Program-made: the position numbers and the translations under genes
Notes under the pieces: model-generated
Database searches by the model: none
Told to the model about the DNA's origin: nothing
The model's input: only the letters and a program-made list of their open reading frames with translations
Shown here: positions 10,419 to 28,508 of the stretch, in pieces
Position numbering within the stretch: the first letter of the stretch is position 1
How the letters are laid out: each line of letters begins with the position of its first letter
Assembly: GCA_963830285.1 (NCBI GenBank)
Contig: CAWHLU010000003.1
Coordinates: forward strand, 79,416-143,415
Reading direction: 5' to 3'
Origin: an uncultured Acidobacteriaceae bacterium
GTDB lineage: Bacteria > Acidobacteriota > Terriglobia > Terriglobales > Acidobacteriaceae
DNA length: 64,000 bases

Positions 10419-11567
10419 TCACTCCCTGCTGTACGTGTTCCGGTTCTTGTCTTCGTGGCGCTCGAGCGCCAGTTCGATCAGTTGCGTAATCAGCTCGCTG
10501 TACGGGATGCCGGTAGCCTCCCAGAGCTTGGGGTACATGCTGATCTGCGTGAACCCCGGCAGGGTGTTCACTTCGTTGAGATAGATGCGGCGCTTGCCAT
10601 CCGGCTCCATCAGGAAATCCACACGCGCCAGTCCCGAGAGGTCGCAGGCGCGAAACGCCGCCACCGCCATCTCCCGAATCCGTTTCGCTTCGTCGCGCGT
10701 GATCTTCGCCGGAATCACCGGCACCGAGCCTTCCGACAGGTACTTCGCCTCGTAGTCGTAAAACTCCTTGCCGGGAATGATTTCGCCCACCACGCTGGCC
10801 TTGGGATCATCGTTGCCGAGCACGCCGACCTCCAGCTCGCGGGCGCGCGATTTTTTGCCGCCGACTCCCTGCTCCACGACCAGCTTGCGATCGTACTTCG
10901 CGGCCACATCGAGCGCGGGTCCCAGTTCCTTGCGATCGTGCGCCTTGCTGATCCCCACCGACGATCCGAGATTCGCGGGCTTCACAAACAGCGGATACTT
11001 GAGCGCGGCCTCGATCTGCGCGACGGCTTTCCGCGGCGATCTCTCCCACTCCGAGCGCAGGACCGTGACGTGTTTTACGATCGGCAGCCCCGCCTGCGCA
11101 AACAGCCGCTTCATCACGTCCTTGTCCATGCCGGCCGACGAACCCAGAACCCCCGAGCCGACATAGGCAATCCCCGCCAGCTCAAACAGTCCCTGGATGG
11201 TGCCGTCCTCGCCAAACGTGCCGTGCAGAACCGGAAACACCACGTCGATGGATTTTCCCGCCGGGCCCTGAGGACCGGGCTCCGGCGCAAGCAGCGTCGG
11301 AATGCCCTCGTGCAGCAGCTTGGCGCCCGGCGTTGCCTCGGGATCGCCGGCACGCAGCCGGCGCCCGACTGCGCCTTGATCGCCCTCCAGCAGCCCGGTC
11401 GCATCCGCCGCCGCCAGCCATCTGCCTTCTTTCGTAATGCCGATCGGCACCACGTCAAATTTGCTGCGATCAATTGCCTTCAGAATCGAAGCCGCCGAGA
11501 GCAGCGAGACTTCATGCTCGCCGCTGCGCCCGCCAAACAAAACACCTACGCGAAGTTTTTTAGCCAT
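10419..11567 (-). CDS. ddl: D-alanine--D-alanine ligase
   Basis: GGRSGEHEVS, LHGTFGEDG, KPANLGSSVG, FYDYEAKY, NEVNTLPGFT. Confidence 0.97.
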   Translation of the reverse strand: MAKKLRVGVLFGGRSGEHEVSLLSAASILKAIDRSKFDVVPIGITKEGRWLAAADATGLLEGDQGAVGRRLRAGDPEATPGAKLLHEGIPTLLAPEPGPQGPAGKSIDVVFPVLHGTFGEDGTIQGLFELAGIAYVGSGVLGSSAGMDKDVMKRLFAQAGLPIVKHVTVLRSEWERSPRKAVAQIEAALKYPLFVKPANLGSSVGISKAHDRKELGPALDVAAKYDRKLVVEQGVGGKKSRARELEVGVLGNDDPKASVVGEIIPGKEFYDYEAKYLSEGSVPVIPAKITRDEAKRIREMAVAAFRACDLSGLARVDFLMEPDGKRRIYLNEVNTLPGFTQISMYPKLWEATGIPYSELITQLIELALERHEDKNRNTYSRE

Positions 11568-11651
11568 CGCTTTTATTGTCGCTCAGAAGAGCATGAAGAA
11601 GGGTGACACGTTGGATGCCCAAACAGAAGTTTTAAGCCTGGACGCTCAGAG

Positions 11652-12605
11652 ATGAGATTGCATAATCGCATGGTGAAATCTGCTGCCCGAATTTACGTTT
11701 TGCTCGCTCGCGATGCGCCGAAGGCAGTTGTCTTCCGGCGGGGGCCGTCGAACCAGGTACTTCTTATCAAGTGGGACCTTGCCAAAGACTCGTTCGAAGT
11801 CGGTCAATGGCTCAAGGGAAGAATTTATGAGCGCCGCTGTGATCTCTCGCCTGACGGGGACCTGCTGGTATATTTTGCAGCCGATTTTCGTAGATCGATC
11901 GGATCGTGGTCAGCAGTCAGTCGACCGCCGTTCTTCACGGCTCTAGCGCTATGGCCCAAGGGGAACTGCTGGGGTGGAGGCGGGCTGTTCTTCTCGAATG
12001 ATCGACTGATGCTCAACCATTTCCCCGAAGACATAAAGCTGGCCCCGGAGTTTTCGACACCTAATTGGCTCCTGGTTGGATCATGCGGAGAGTGGTCCGG
12101 ATTTGGCGAGGATTATCCGATCTGGTCATGTCGACTCGCCAGAGATGGCTGGAAATTGACAGCATATCCTGAAGAGACTAAGAACGATTACGGTGCAGAA
12201 GTGTGGATCGAATACGATCCTCCGATCACGTGGGAGAAGCCGCACCCTCTCTGGCCCAAGAAATACGTACTCCGAATGTCGGTCCTGGGCATAAAGGAGC
12301 GCGGTGGCCCGTGGTGGCTCATCGAGCATTCATTGCACGGTGAGGACGGGATCCGCGGTGCCGTCGGTAGGAGCGAATGGGCTGACTGGTCGCCGACCGG
12401 TGACTTGCTGTTTGCGCAATCCGGCTGTCTCTATCGGTTACGAGCTTCGAAGCGGAAGTTCGGTGCGATTGAAGAAAGCGAACAGATCGCCGACTTCAAT
12501 GATCTCTCGTTCCGGCGAATTGAGGCGCCTGAAAGTGCGGTTTCGTGGCCGCCGCGGAGAGCGAAGCTCCGAAAGAAGCAAGCTCGGCGGAAACAGGGAG
12601 TCTAA
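11652..12605 (+). CDS. Hypothetical Trp-rich protein (possible beta-propeller)
   Basis: 317-aa ORF with DLSPDG and WADWSPTG motifs; 4-nt convergent overlap with arginase. Confidence 0.7.
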   Translation: MRLHNRMVKSAARIYVLLARDAPKAVVFRRGPSNQVLLIKWDLAKDSFEVGQWLKGRIYERRCDLSPDGDLLVYFAADFRRSIGSWSAVSRPPFFTALALWPKGNCWGGGGLFFSNDRLMLNHFPEDIKLAPEFSTPNWLLVGSCGEWSGFGEDYPIWSCRLARDGWKLTAYPEETKNDYGAEVWIEYDPPITWEKPHPLWPKKYVLRMSVLGIKERGGPWWLIEHSLHGEDGIRGAVGRSEWADWSPTGDLLFAQSGCLYRLRASKRKFGAIEESEQIADFNDLSFRRIEAPESAVSWPPRRAKLRKKQARRKQGV

Positions 12606-13582
12606 AGTATCTTCTTTCCAAACGCCGAACACGCCAGTTCGACCGCCAGGTCCGCGGTCCGGTTGTGCTCATCGATCACCGGGTTCACTTCGACAATCTC
12701 GAAGCTGACCATCCGCCCATGGTCGGCAATGATCTCCATGGCGAGGTGCGCCTCGCGATACGTCGCGCCGCCACGCACGGGCGTGCCCACGCCGGGCGCG
12801 TCTTCCGGATCGATCCAGTCCATATCCAGCGAGATGTGGTAACCGGCCGTGCCGCGGCCCGCCGCACGCAGGGCCTCTTCCATCACAGCGCGCATGCCCC
12901 GCTCGTCAATGTCGCGCATGGTGTAAACCTCGCCCATCCCCGCGCGCCGGATATTGGCGCGTTCCGCTGCATCGATGTCCCGCACCCCCACCAGCACCGT
13001 GTTTTCCGGGGAAATCTTCGGGGCAAAGCCACCGATATTGGTCAGCAGTTCAGGCCCTAGCCCCAGCAGCGCCGCCAACGGCATGCCATGCACGTTTCCG
13101 CTCGGCGAGGTGTCAGGCGTGTTGATGTCGGAGTGCGCATCGATCCAGATCACGCCAATTTTCTGATTTTGACGCCGATAAAACTCCGACACACCAGAGA
13201 CCGAGCCGACCGCGATGGAATGGTCGCCGCCCAGCACCAGGGGAGTCATTCCTTCTTCCAGCGTCTTCGAGACCGCTTGCGACGTGCGCGTGCAGGTATC
13301 CGCAATCTGCTTGAGGTAGCGTGCATTCGGCTCGCCGGCATTCTGGGTCTCGGCGATATCTACCGCTACGTTGCCGCTGTCGGTGACATGGTGGCCGAGG
13401 GCTTCGAGGCGAGCTTCCAGTCCTGCCACGCGCATCGCGGAGGGCCCCATATCGACGCCGCGGCGGCTGGCGCCCATGTCGAGCGGCACGCCGAGCACGC
13501 GGATGCGCCGGGTGGGTAACGATTGGGTGCCGCTGGATGGAAACGTGGTGACAACTACGGGGATTTCTGGGTTGGTTGCCAT
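12602..13582 (-). CDS. rocF: Arginase
   Basis: GVDMGP, LGGDHS, DAHSD, SPSGNVHGMP, SLDMD.IDP, GVGTPVRGG, EVNP; start codon uncertain. Confidence 0.93.
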   Translation of the reverse strand: MATNPEIPVVVTTFPSSGTQSLPTRRIRVLGVPLDMGASRRGVDMGPSAMRVAGLEARLEALGHHVTDSGNVAVDIAETQNAGEPNARYLKQIADTCTRTSQAVSKTLEEGMTPLVLGGDHSIAVGSVSGVSEFYRRQNQKIGVIWIDAHSDINTPDTSPSGNVHGMPLAALLGLGPELLTNIGGFAPKISPENTVLVGVRDIDAAERANIRRAGMGEVYTMRDIDERGMRAVMEEALRAAGRGTAGYHISLDMDWIDPEDAPGVGTPVRGGATYREAHLAMEIIADHGRMVSFEIVEVNPVIDEHNRTADLAVELACSAFGKKIL

Positions 13583-13831
13583 GCAGGATTGCTCTCCCGA
13601 ATCTGAGCCCCAGTCATCATACCCTGCGCCCCCTGCGGCCTGCCCCAAAGCGGGACATCGCTGTTCTGAAAGTGGTATCTCCCGTGGGGTCAAACTGCCC
13701 CGAAAGGTGTAACGAGAGCAACTCGAGTTGGGCGTAAACTTTCATCAGTCGCGGCAAATTTCTGCGTGCCCGATGTGTCGGCTAAGTTACTAACAATAAG
13801 GAACTAGCAGGCAGTTTCAAAGGATGCTGGC

Positions 13832-15139
13832 ATGGAGTGGATCGTTAAATCCCGGCGGCGTCTGGTGCTCGCTTCTGCGCTTCTGGCGGTCGCGATTGCC
13901 GCGCCGTTCGCGCATGCCGCGGAAGCCCGGGAGACTTTCAAATCGACCCTCGCTGCACCGCCGGCCCTGCACGCCTTCAGCAACGCCCAGACTGGTCATC
14001 GAATTTCTGCCTCGTTTGAAACCACGCACCTGCCCTCCGTCATCCGGATGCTCGCTTCCAATGCCCTCACCGGCATTGGCACTCCTTCGCGGACAAGTGC
14101 CCCTTACCTGGATCCGATCGTGATCGTGCTGACGGTCCTTGTCGTGATCGTCGGTTTGTGGGGTTGGATTCTCCGCAGGAAGGTCGACAACCAGACCAGG
14201 ACCATCACCGCCCATTCTGAATCCGAAGCCCGAATCGAGCGGCACAGCGCACAATTGGAAACCAAGCGCTGCAAGATCCTTGAAGACATCAACAGCTCGC
14301 GTCCCTTGCCCGAACTGATCGACGCCATTACGGAGATGGTGGCGTTCAGCCTCGGGTTCCCCTTCTGCTGGTGCGAAATGCCGGATGGAGCGCGCCTGGG
14401 AAATGCTCCCGCCAAAGCAAAGGGTCTGCGCAGCATCCGCCTCGACATTCCGGCTCGCGCCGGCGGTTCGCTGGGAACACTGTTTGCCGCCACCGAGACC
14501 GGTGAATCCGATCCCCACGACGAAGCCTCAGCCCTGGAAGCAGGCGTTCGCTTGGCAACACTCGCCATCGAAACGCGCAGGCTTTATAAGGACCTCGTCT
14601 ATCGCTCGGAGTTCGATTTGCTGACGGATATCCACAATCGGTTTTCTCTTGACCGCTACCTTGAGAAGTTGATCGAAAAGTCAAAGATGGACGGCTCGAT
14701 CTTCGGCCTCGTTTACGTCGACCTGGACGAATTCAAGCAGGTCAATGACTTTTACGGCCATCACATCGGGGACCTCTACCTGCAGGAGATTTCCATGCGC
14801 ATGAAGCGGCAACTCCGGTCCGGCGATATGCTCGCGCGCCTCGGCGGCGACGAGTTTGCGGCTCTCATGCCCGTGGTACAAAGCCGCTCCGCCATTGAGG
14901 AGATCGCGCAACGGCTCGAACGCTGCTTTGACGCGCCCTTTGCGGTGGAAGGCTACGTGCTTCGCGGAGGGGCAAGCGTGGGCGTGGCACTCTATCCCTA
15001 CGACGGGACCTCGGCCGATAGCTTGCTGAGCGCCGCCGACGCCGCAATGTACGTTGCCAAGCACACCAAGCGCCACGGCGCCGAGATGCCGGACCGTCTC
15101 CAAAAGGCGCTCTTCAGGCCTGAAGAACAACAAAAATAA
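13832..15139 (+). CDS. Membrane-anchored diguanylate cyclase
   Basis: Signal peptide plus TM; DLLTDIHNR, DLDEFKQVND, RSGD I-site, GGDEF. Confidence 0.92.
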   Translation: MEWIVKSRRRLVLASALLAVAIAAPFAHAAEARETFKSTLAAPPALHAFSNAQTGHRISASFETTHLPSVIRMLASNALTGIGTPSRTSAPYLDPIVIVLTVLVVIVGLWGWILRRKVDNQTRTITAHSESEARIERHSAQLETKRCKILEDINSSRPLPELIDAITEMVAFSLGFPFCWCEMPDGARLGNAPAKAKGLRSIRLDIPARAGGSLGTLFAATETGESDPHDEASALEAGVRLATLAIETRRLYKDLVYRSEFDLLTDIHNRFSLDRYLEKLIEKSKMDGSIFGLVYVDLDEFKQVNDFYGHHIGDLYLQEISMRMKRQLRSGDMLARLGGDEFAALMPVVQSRSAIEEIAQRLERCFDAPFAVEGYVLRGGASVGVALYPYDGTSADSLLSAADAAMYVAKHTKRHGAEMPDRLQKALFRPEEQQK

Positions 15140-15203
15140 AAGCGCGCCGATTCAAATCGAACCGACGCGCTTCTCCCCCCACGTAAAACCGTCGTCTGAC
15201 TCT

Positions 15204-16244
15204 TCAGCGCACGTGCAGTTGCGAGATCGTCACCTTTCCCTTGACCAGTTCCGCCTTGCGCCACTGGCTCTTTTCGTTCAGGGCCACCCAGCGGCGTTCT
15301 TCGCCGCGGTAGTGCCAATCCTTGTCGAGCTGGTAATAGATCAGCGTTCCGGACGCTTCCATCACCTTGATGATGCTGTTGTCGTGCGAATTCTTCTCGT
15401 CGTAGTCGGTTGTAGCGCTCTCGCCCATCTCCGAGTAGATCTCGTTCAGTTCGAAGAGTAGCGCGTTCACGCTGTCGTCCATGGCCTCCACGTTGAGGCC
15501 AATCCGTCTTGCCTCGCGCAGCGTGATGGGATAGTTATGCGACGGGTACCCGGAGTTCAGATTGTTGCTGATCTCGCGCGCCCGGTCCTTGTCGTCCATG
15601 TGGTACGACAGAATCTCTTCGCAGATGCGCGTCGAAAGAGCACTGGAACGGTCTACCGCGCCGATCACCAGGGGATGCACGTACGGAAACAGCGACTCAT
15701 ACGGATTGGTGGTCGAGTCCTTTGCCTGCTCGGTCCACAGCCGGATCACGCGCAGCAGTTCGTCGTTGCTTACGCTCACCCGGTCGTTGTCGCGATCGAT
15801 CGGCGAGAGATCGTGGGTCAGCGAAGTATCGACGGCGGACAAGTGCGCCAGCGGGCCCATCAGGATCTTGTCTGCTCCAAGGGCTAGCATGGTAGCGGCC
15901 GACTGGCACTCGAGCGGCGCAAGCACCGTGAGGTGTTTCACATAGCGGCGCAGCAGGTTTACCATGCGCAGCGACGCCTGCCCCGAGCCGCCGTCGGACT
16001 TCACGAACAGCGTCAGCCGTTCGACGCTCCCGAGATTCCGCACCAGCGCATAAAGGCCCGTAACGTCATTCTGGCAGATAGAACCTTTGTTGGAATTCCA
16101 GTAGGTGATGACCGGCTCGCCAAGGGTGCGGGATAGCTTGTCGAGCACTGGCTGGGTCCGCTCCATCAGCATCGGCGGCTTGGCCGCGTTGGGGCGGAGC
16201 AGCGGAAATTCGGATACAGATGCAGCTACAGATTGGTTAGGCAA
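15204..16244 (-). CDS. SDH-type ClpP/crotonase-class serine proteinase-like protein
   Basis: SDGG, CQSAATMLALG, MGPLAHLSAVD, PSHNYPI; start uncertain (TTG 16244 or ATG 16171). Confidence 0.75.
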   Translation of the reverse strand: MPNQSVAASVSEFPLLRPNAAKPPMLMERTQPVLDKLSRTLGEPVITYWNSNKGSICQNDVTGLYALVRNLGSVERLTLFVKSDGGSGQASLRMVNLLRRYVKHLTVLAPLECQSAATMLALGADKILMGPLAHLSAVDTSLTHDLSPIDRDNDRVSVSNDELLRVIRLWTEQAKDSTTNPYESLFPYVHPLVIGAVDRSSALSTRICEEILSYHMDDKDRAREISNNLNSGYPSHNYPITLREARRIGLNVEAMDDSVNALLFELNEIYSEMGESATTDYDEKNSHDNSIIKVMEASGTLIYYQLDKDWHYRGEERRWVALNEKSQWRKAELVKGKVTISQLHVR

Positions 16245-16498
16245 TTCGGGGTCCGACTCCGATTGAATTGTCTTGAATGGCTAGATATTAGCACGATGTT
16301 TATCAGGTCGAAATAAAGAAGGCCGGGATTTCTCCGAGATTCAATATGATCTGACAACACTCCACTCCTGGAATCTCCCAGCCCTCAAGCACTTGCAGTA
16401 TTAGAGCCCGCACATGACTCTGGTTATCACTCGAAAGTGTCAGACGCGGTTGAATCCCCTCTCGGCGGCGTAGGGTGGACTGTTCGAAAGATCGGTGT

Positions 16499-17386
16499 AT
16501 GAAGAGTCATCAAGATGATGAATCCCAAGTGACGCGAGCGAAATGGGCGATTGCAGCTGTTGTGATTATTTGCGCGTTTACCTTACCCGCTGGCGCGAAG
16601 ACTACAACTTCTCGAACAGATGCCCTGGGCGCTCATGTCAACTCTGGCCGCGGTTGCCCGGCTTGTCATACTCCGCATAGCATGGCATGCGAAGAGCGCG
16701 CTGCTCTTACTCGCAGAGCGAACCCTGCCGTGGCGATGCTATGGGGCCAGGATGCGACAAGCACATACGCCGCCTACGGAAGCCCGTCCGATCAAACCGC
16801 CTCGAACGACAGTTCTGATTTTGCAGCTATCCTCCGGTGTCTAAGCTGCCACGACGGAAACTATGGACCCCGGGCGATGATGCGCAATGTCGTTTACGAA
16901 ACCATCCCATCAAGGTATGGATCCCTGGGCGCCATTCCGACATTGATGGATCAGGAGAGCCTCATCACGGGCCATGAGATCGAAGACCACCCGCTTGGAC
17001 TTGAAGCTCAGATTAAATGCGGGGGTGCACTTGGCTGGGACTGCACGGAAACCAATGGCATGATCACCATGGGGGGAATTCACTCATCACGCTTTGCCGC
17101 GAGCTATGGTTACTTCGTCAAACCAAGCCATCACGGCAACACTCCCGTCGTTGCCTGCACCACGTGCCACAATCCGCACCTTATGACGATCACGAGGGTA
17201 ACGACGAGTTCCGCCTCGGACCTTTTTCCGCCGGGAGTCTATTCGACCCAACACTTCCTGCGCGCCCCGTCTGAGCATGCAGGTACCGCAGACGCGAACA
17301 GCAATCGATCCGCGCAGTTTTGCCGTCAATGTCACGCGGACAAATCGAATGAGATGAATGGCGGTTCGGCGACAACCCACATCTAA
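16499..17386 (+). CDS. Exported tetraheme cytochrome c
   Basis: Four CxxCH motifs (CPACH, CLSCH, CTTCH, CRQCH); N-terminal signal peptide. Confidence 0.85.
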   Translation: MKSHQDDESQVTRAKWAIAAVVIICAFTLPAGAKTTTSRTDALGAHVNSGRGCPACHTPHSMACEERAALTRRANPAVAMLWGQDATSTYAAYGSPSDQTASNDSSDFAAILRCLSCHDGNYGPRAMMRNVVYETIPSRYGSLGAIPTLMDQESLITGHEIEDHPLGLEAQIKCGGALGWDCTETNGMITMGGIHSSRFAASYGYFVKPSHHGNTPVVACTTCHNPHLMTITRVTTSSASDLFPPGVYSTQHFLRAPSEHAGTADANSNRSAQFCRQCHADKSNEMNGGSATTHI

Positions 17387-17460
17387 CGCGGATATCGATA
17401 CGAACCGTACGAAATTCGTCCTGGAATCGGCGCGTCCACAAATCTGCTGGAGGAATAAAG

Positions 17461-17484
17461 AAGGCCCGGCTTGCGCCGGGCCTT
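17461..17484. terminator. Bidirectional rho-independent terminator between the cytochrome gene and rpoC
   Basis: AAGGCCCGGC-TTGC-GCCGGGCCTT perfect stem between convergent genes. Confidence 0.8.
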
Positions 17485-17529
17485 GTTGGTTGACTGATGC
17501 TGTCTAGAACTTGCCTGGATGGCCCGTCC

Positions 17530-21720
<4,191 letters not shown>

Positions 21721-21836
21721 GGCGACCCTCCTTGGCGGGCCTTTCAGCTCTCGCCGCGGTATCTCCCGGGATTCTTTAGCGGGTCCTTCCTTCCCGGGAA
21801 GCGGCGGTTACCGCTTTCAAGAAGGACCCGGAAAAA

Positions 21837-21958
21837 CAGTGGTCAGTGAACAGTGGTCAGTGGTCAGATTCTCTTGAACTTTCCACTGTTCACCTCAAAC
21901 CATTTGCTGATCGTTGTAGTCGGCCGTTCACTGATCACTGATCACTGAACGCTGACCA

Positions 21959-21960
<2 letters not shown>
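21837..21960. repeat. Inverted heptamer-repeat element A, rpoB/rpoC junction
   Basis: CAGTGGT CAGTGAA CAGTGGT CAGTGGT CAG ... CTGATCA CTGATCA CTGAACG CTGACCA CT; overlaps the rpoB stop. Confidence 0.92.
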
Positions 21961-26440
<4,480 letters not shown>

Positions 26441-27172
26441 GCATCACTCCTGAGTCTCGTCACGCCGGCGCACTCGCTGGCATCCTGGTTCGCGCCGGGC
26501 CGGCTCCCGAGTCTCGTGGCGCCGGCAGTTTACGTAGAAAAACCGATGATCTGGAATGGCTCCCTGCAAATTGCCAATCCCGTCCGAAACGTTCGGCCAC
26601 AATCCAGCCGAGCTTCCGGAATCTCCGCGCCAAGCGTTTTACTTGATTGAGGCGACGTGAAAATCGCGCCACAGGCGTTGCCGCACTTCCAGCTGTTGGG
26701 CTACACTGCGCACAATCGGTAGCAGGCCCGCCGGAAAACCCGGCCCCGAATGCCTGCAAATGCATGGTAGATTTCGCTTGAAAAGCCTAATCTGCCTTGG
26801 TAGAGACACGTATGCCCGCGAGGACGCAATTCCTCACGAGCGCGGCTTACTGCCTGTGCTCCCATCCGATTTTTGTTGCACTGCTATCGCCGATCCCAAA
26901 GCTCGCTTCTGCCGCCGCCGCCTGCCAATCGACATCCGTCCCCGGGAAACCCGCCTATCCCGATGACACGAGAGCACTTAACTCCACGTTGATGTTCGCC
27001 CCAAGGCTGCTTGGCCCAGCCCGGGATGGCGAACATGTGTGCCCGTTAACTCTGTCTCAAGACGCGCCGTGTGTGGTTTTCGCCCAAACCGCGGAAAATC
27101 CAGCATGGGCCGAAAAGACGCGCAACGACTATCGTAGCGCGTCCCGGCTCGTCTTGCAAGTCGCGTACCAAA

Positions 27173-27550
27173 TTACTTGATTTCGACGGTTGCGACGCCT
27201 TCGAACTTCTTCTTGATCGCCTCAGCCTCATCCTTGGTCGCGCTTTCCTTCAACGCCTTGGGGGCGCCATCGACCAGGTCCTTGGCTTCCTTCAGACCGA
27301 GCGAGGTAACCTCGCGGACAGCCTTGATGGTGTTGATCTTGTTGGCGCCGGCATCCTTGAGAATGACCTGGAACTCGGTCTTCTCCTCCGCCGCCGGAGC
27401 CGCTGCCGCACCGCCGCCGCCGGCAACTGCAACCGGGGCTGCCGCTGCTGCCGAAACGCCAAGGCGCTCTTCAAGCTTCTTCACCAGGGCCGCCGCTTCG
27501 AGCAGGCTCAGGCTAACAATCTGTTCTTCCAACTGTGCGAGATCCGCCAT
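27173..27550 (-). CDS. rplL: 50S ribosomal protein L7/L12
   Basis: [24 protein letters not shown]. Confidence 0.98.
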   Translation of the reverse strand: MADLAQLEEQIVSLSLLEAAALVKKLEERLGVSAAAAAPVAVAGGGGAAAAPAAEEKTEFQVILKDAGANKINTIKAVREVTSLGLKEAKDLVDGAPKALKESATKDEAEAIKKKFEGVATVEIK

Positions 27551-27693
27551 GTCTTTTCTCCATTCAAATCCGTTTATTGATTTTCCCGATCAAGACGAGA
27601 TCCTTATCCAAAATCCCGCCCCACGCAGTGGAAGTTTCCGATGCGCCAGACCCGCGCACTTCCCGTCTGCCTTTACTGCCAAAACCCTTAAAA

Positions 27694-27765
27694 CAGTGGT
27701 CAGTGATCAGTTCTCAGTCGTCAGACCCATCGCCCCGGCCACTGAATGCTGACAACTGATCACTG
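27694..27765. repeat. Inverted heptamer-repeat element B, rplJ/rplL junction
   Basis: CAGTGGT CAGTGAT CAGTTCT CAGTCGT CAG, 17-nt loop, CTGAATG CTGACAA CTGATCA CTG. Confidence 0.9.
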
Positions 27766-27771
27766 CGGCAG

Positions 27772-28305
27772 TTACGCCGCCGCAAACTTTTCTTTCTCCA
27801 CGCCCTGGTTGATCACAACCGCCAGGTCGCGTCCTGCTGCATTCATCACCGTGACCAGGCGCTGCGCCGGAGCGTTGATGAGGAACAGGAGCTTGGCAAA
27901 GATCTCTTCCTTGCCTGGCATGGTCGCCAGCGCCTTGACCTCTTCCACGTTCAGCAGCTTGCCGTCGACGATCCCCAGCTTGAACTGGAACTCGGCGTTC
28001 TCGCCGGCCCACTTGGCGAAGACCTTGGCCAGCGCTACCGGGTCGCCCGAGGTGAACGCAACCGAGTTCACGCCCTTCAGGCCCTTCAGCGCGGGAGCGA
28101 TCGAGGTGCCTTCGCTCGAAACCGCTGCCAGCTTGTTCTTCACCACGCGGTACTTGCCACCCGCTTCGCGAATGACCTTGCGCAGCTCGTAGTCCTTGGC
28201 AACGGTCAGCTTGCTGAACGTGCCGATAATCGCTGTGGTCGAGGTCTCCAGCTCCTTCGCCAGTTGCTGGACCTTCTCCGATTTCTTCGCCTTCGAAATA
28301 GCCAT
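27772..28305 (-). CDS. rplJ: 50S ribosomal protein L10
   Basis: YRVVKNKL, ALATMPGKEE; ATG 28305 with SD GGAG; position between rplA and rplL. Confidence 0.96.
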   Translation of the reverse strand: MAISKAKKSEKVQQLAKELETSTTAIIGTFSKLTVAKDYELRKVIREAGGKYRVVKNKLAAVSSEGTSIAPALKGLKGVNSVAFTSGDPVALAKVFAKWAGENAEFQFKLGIVDGKLLNVEEVKALATMPGKEEIFAKLLFLINAPAQRLVTVMNAAGRDLAVVINQGVEKEKFAAA

Positions 28306-28319
28306 GTATGTGCTCCGCA

Positions 28320-28506
28320 CAGTGATCAGTGAACAGTGGTCAGTGGTCAGTTATTTCCAAACCCACAAACTCGTTGCTATTCGCCAATCCCTTCTCTCGC
28401 CCTACAGGCGTTTATTCAAATACCTGTTCCAAAACCCGTCAGGCTGGTACAGTGCCGGTTGCTCCGATACGTCAACTGATCACTGACCACTGTTCACTGA
28501 CAGCTG
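28320..28506. repeat. Inverted heptamer-repeat element C, rplA/rplJ junction
   Basis: CAGTGAT CAGTGAA CAGTGGT CAGTGGT CAGTT, ~121-nt loop, AACTGATCA CTGACCA CTGTTCA CTGACAG CTG. Confidence 0.92.
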
Positions 28507-28508
28507 CG

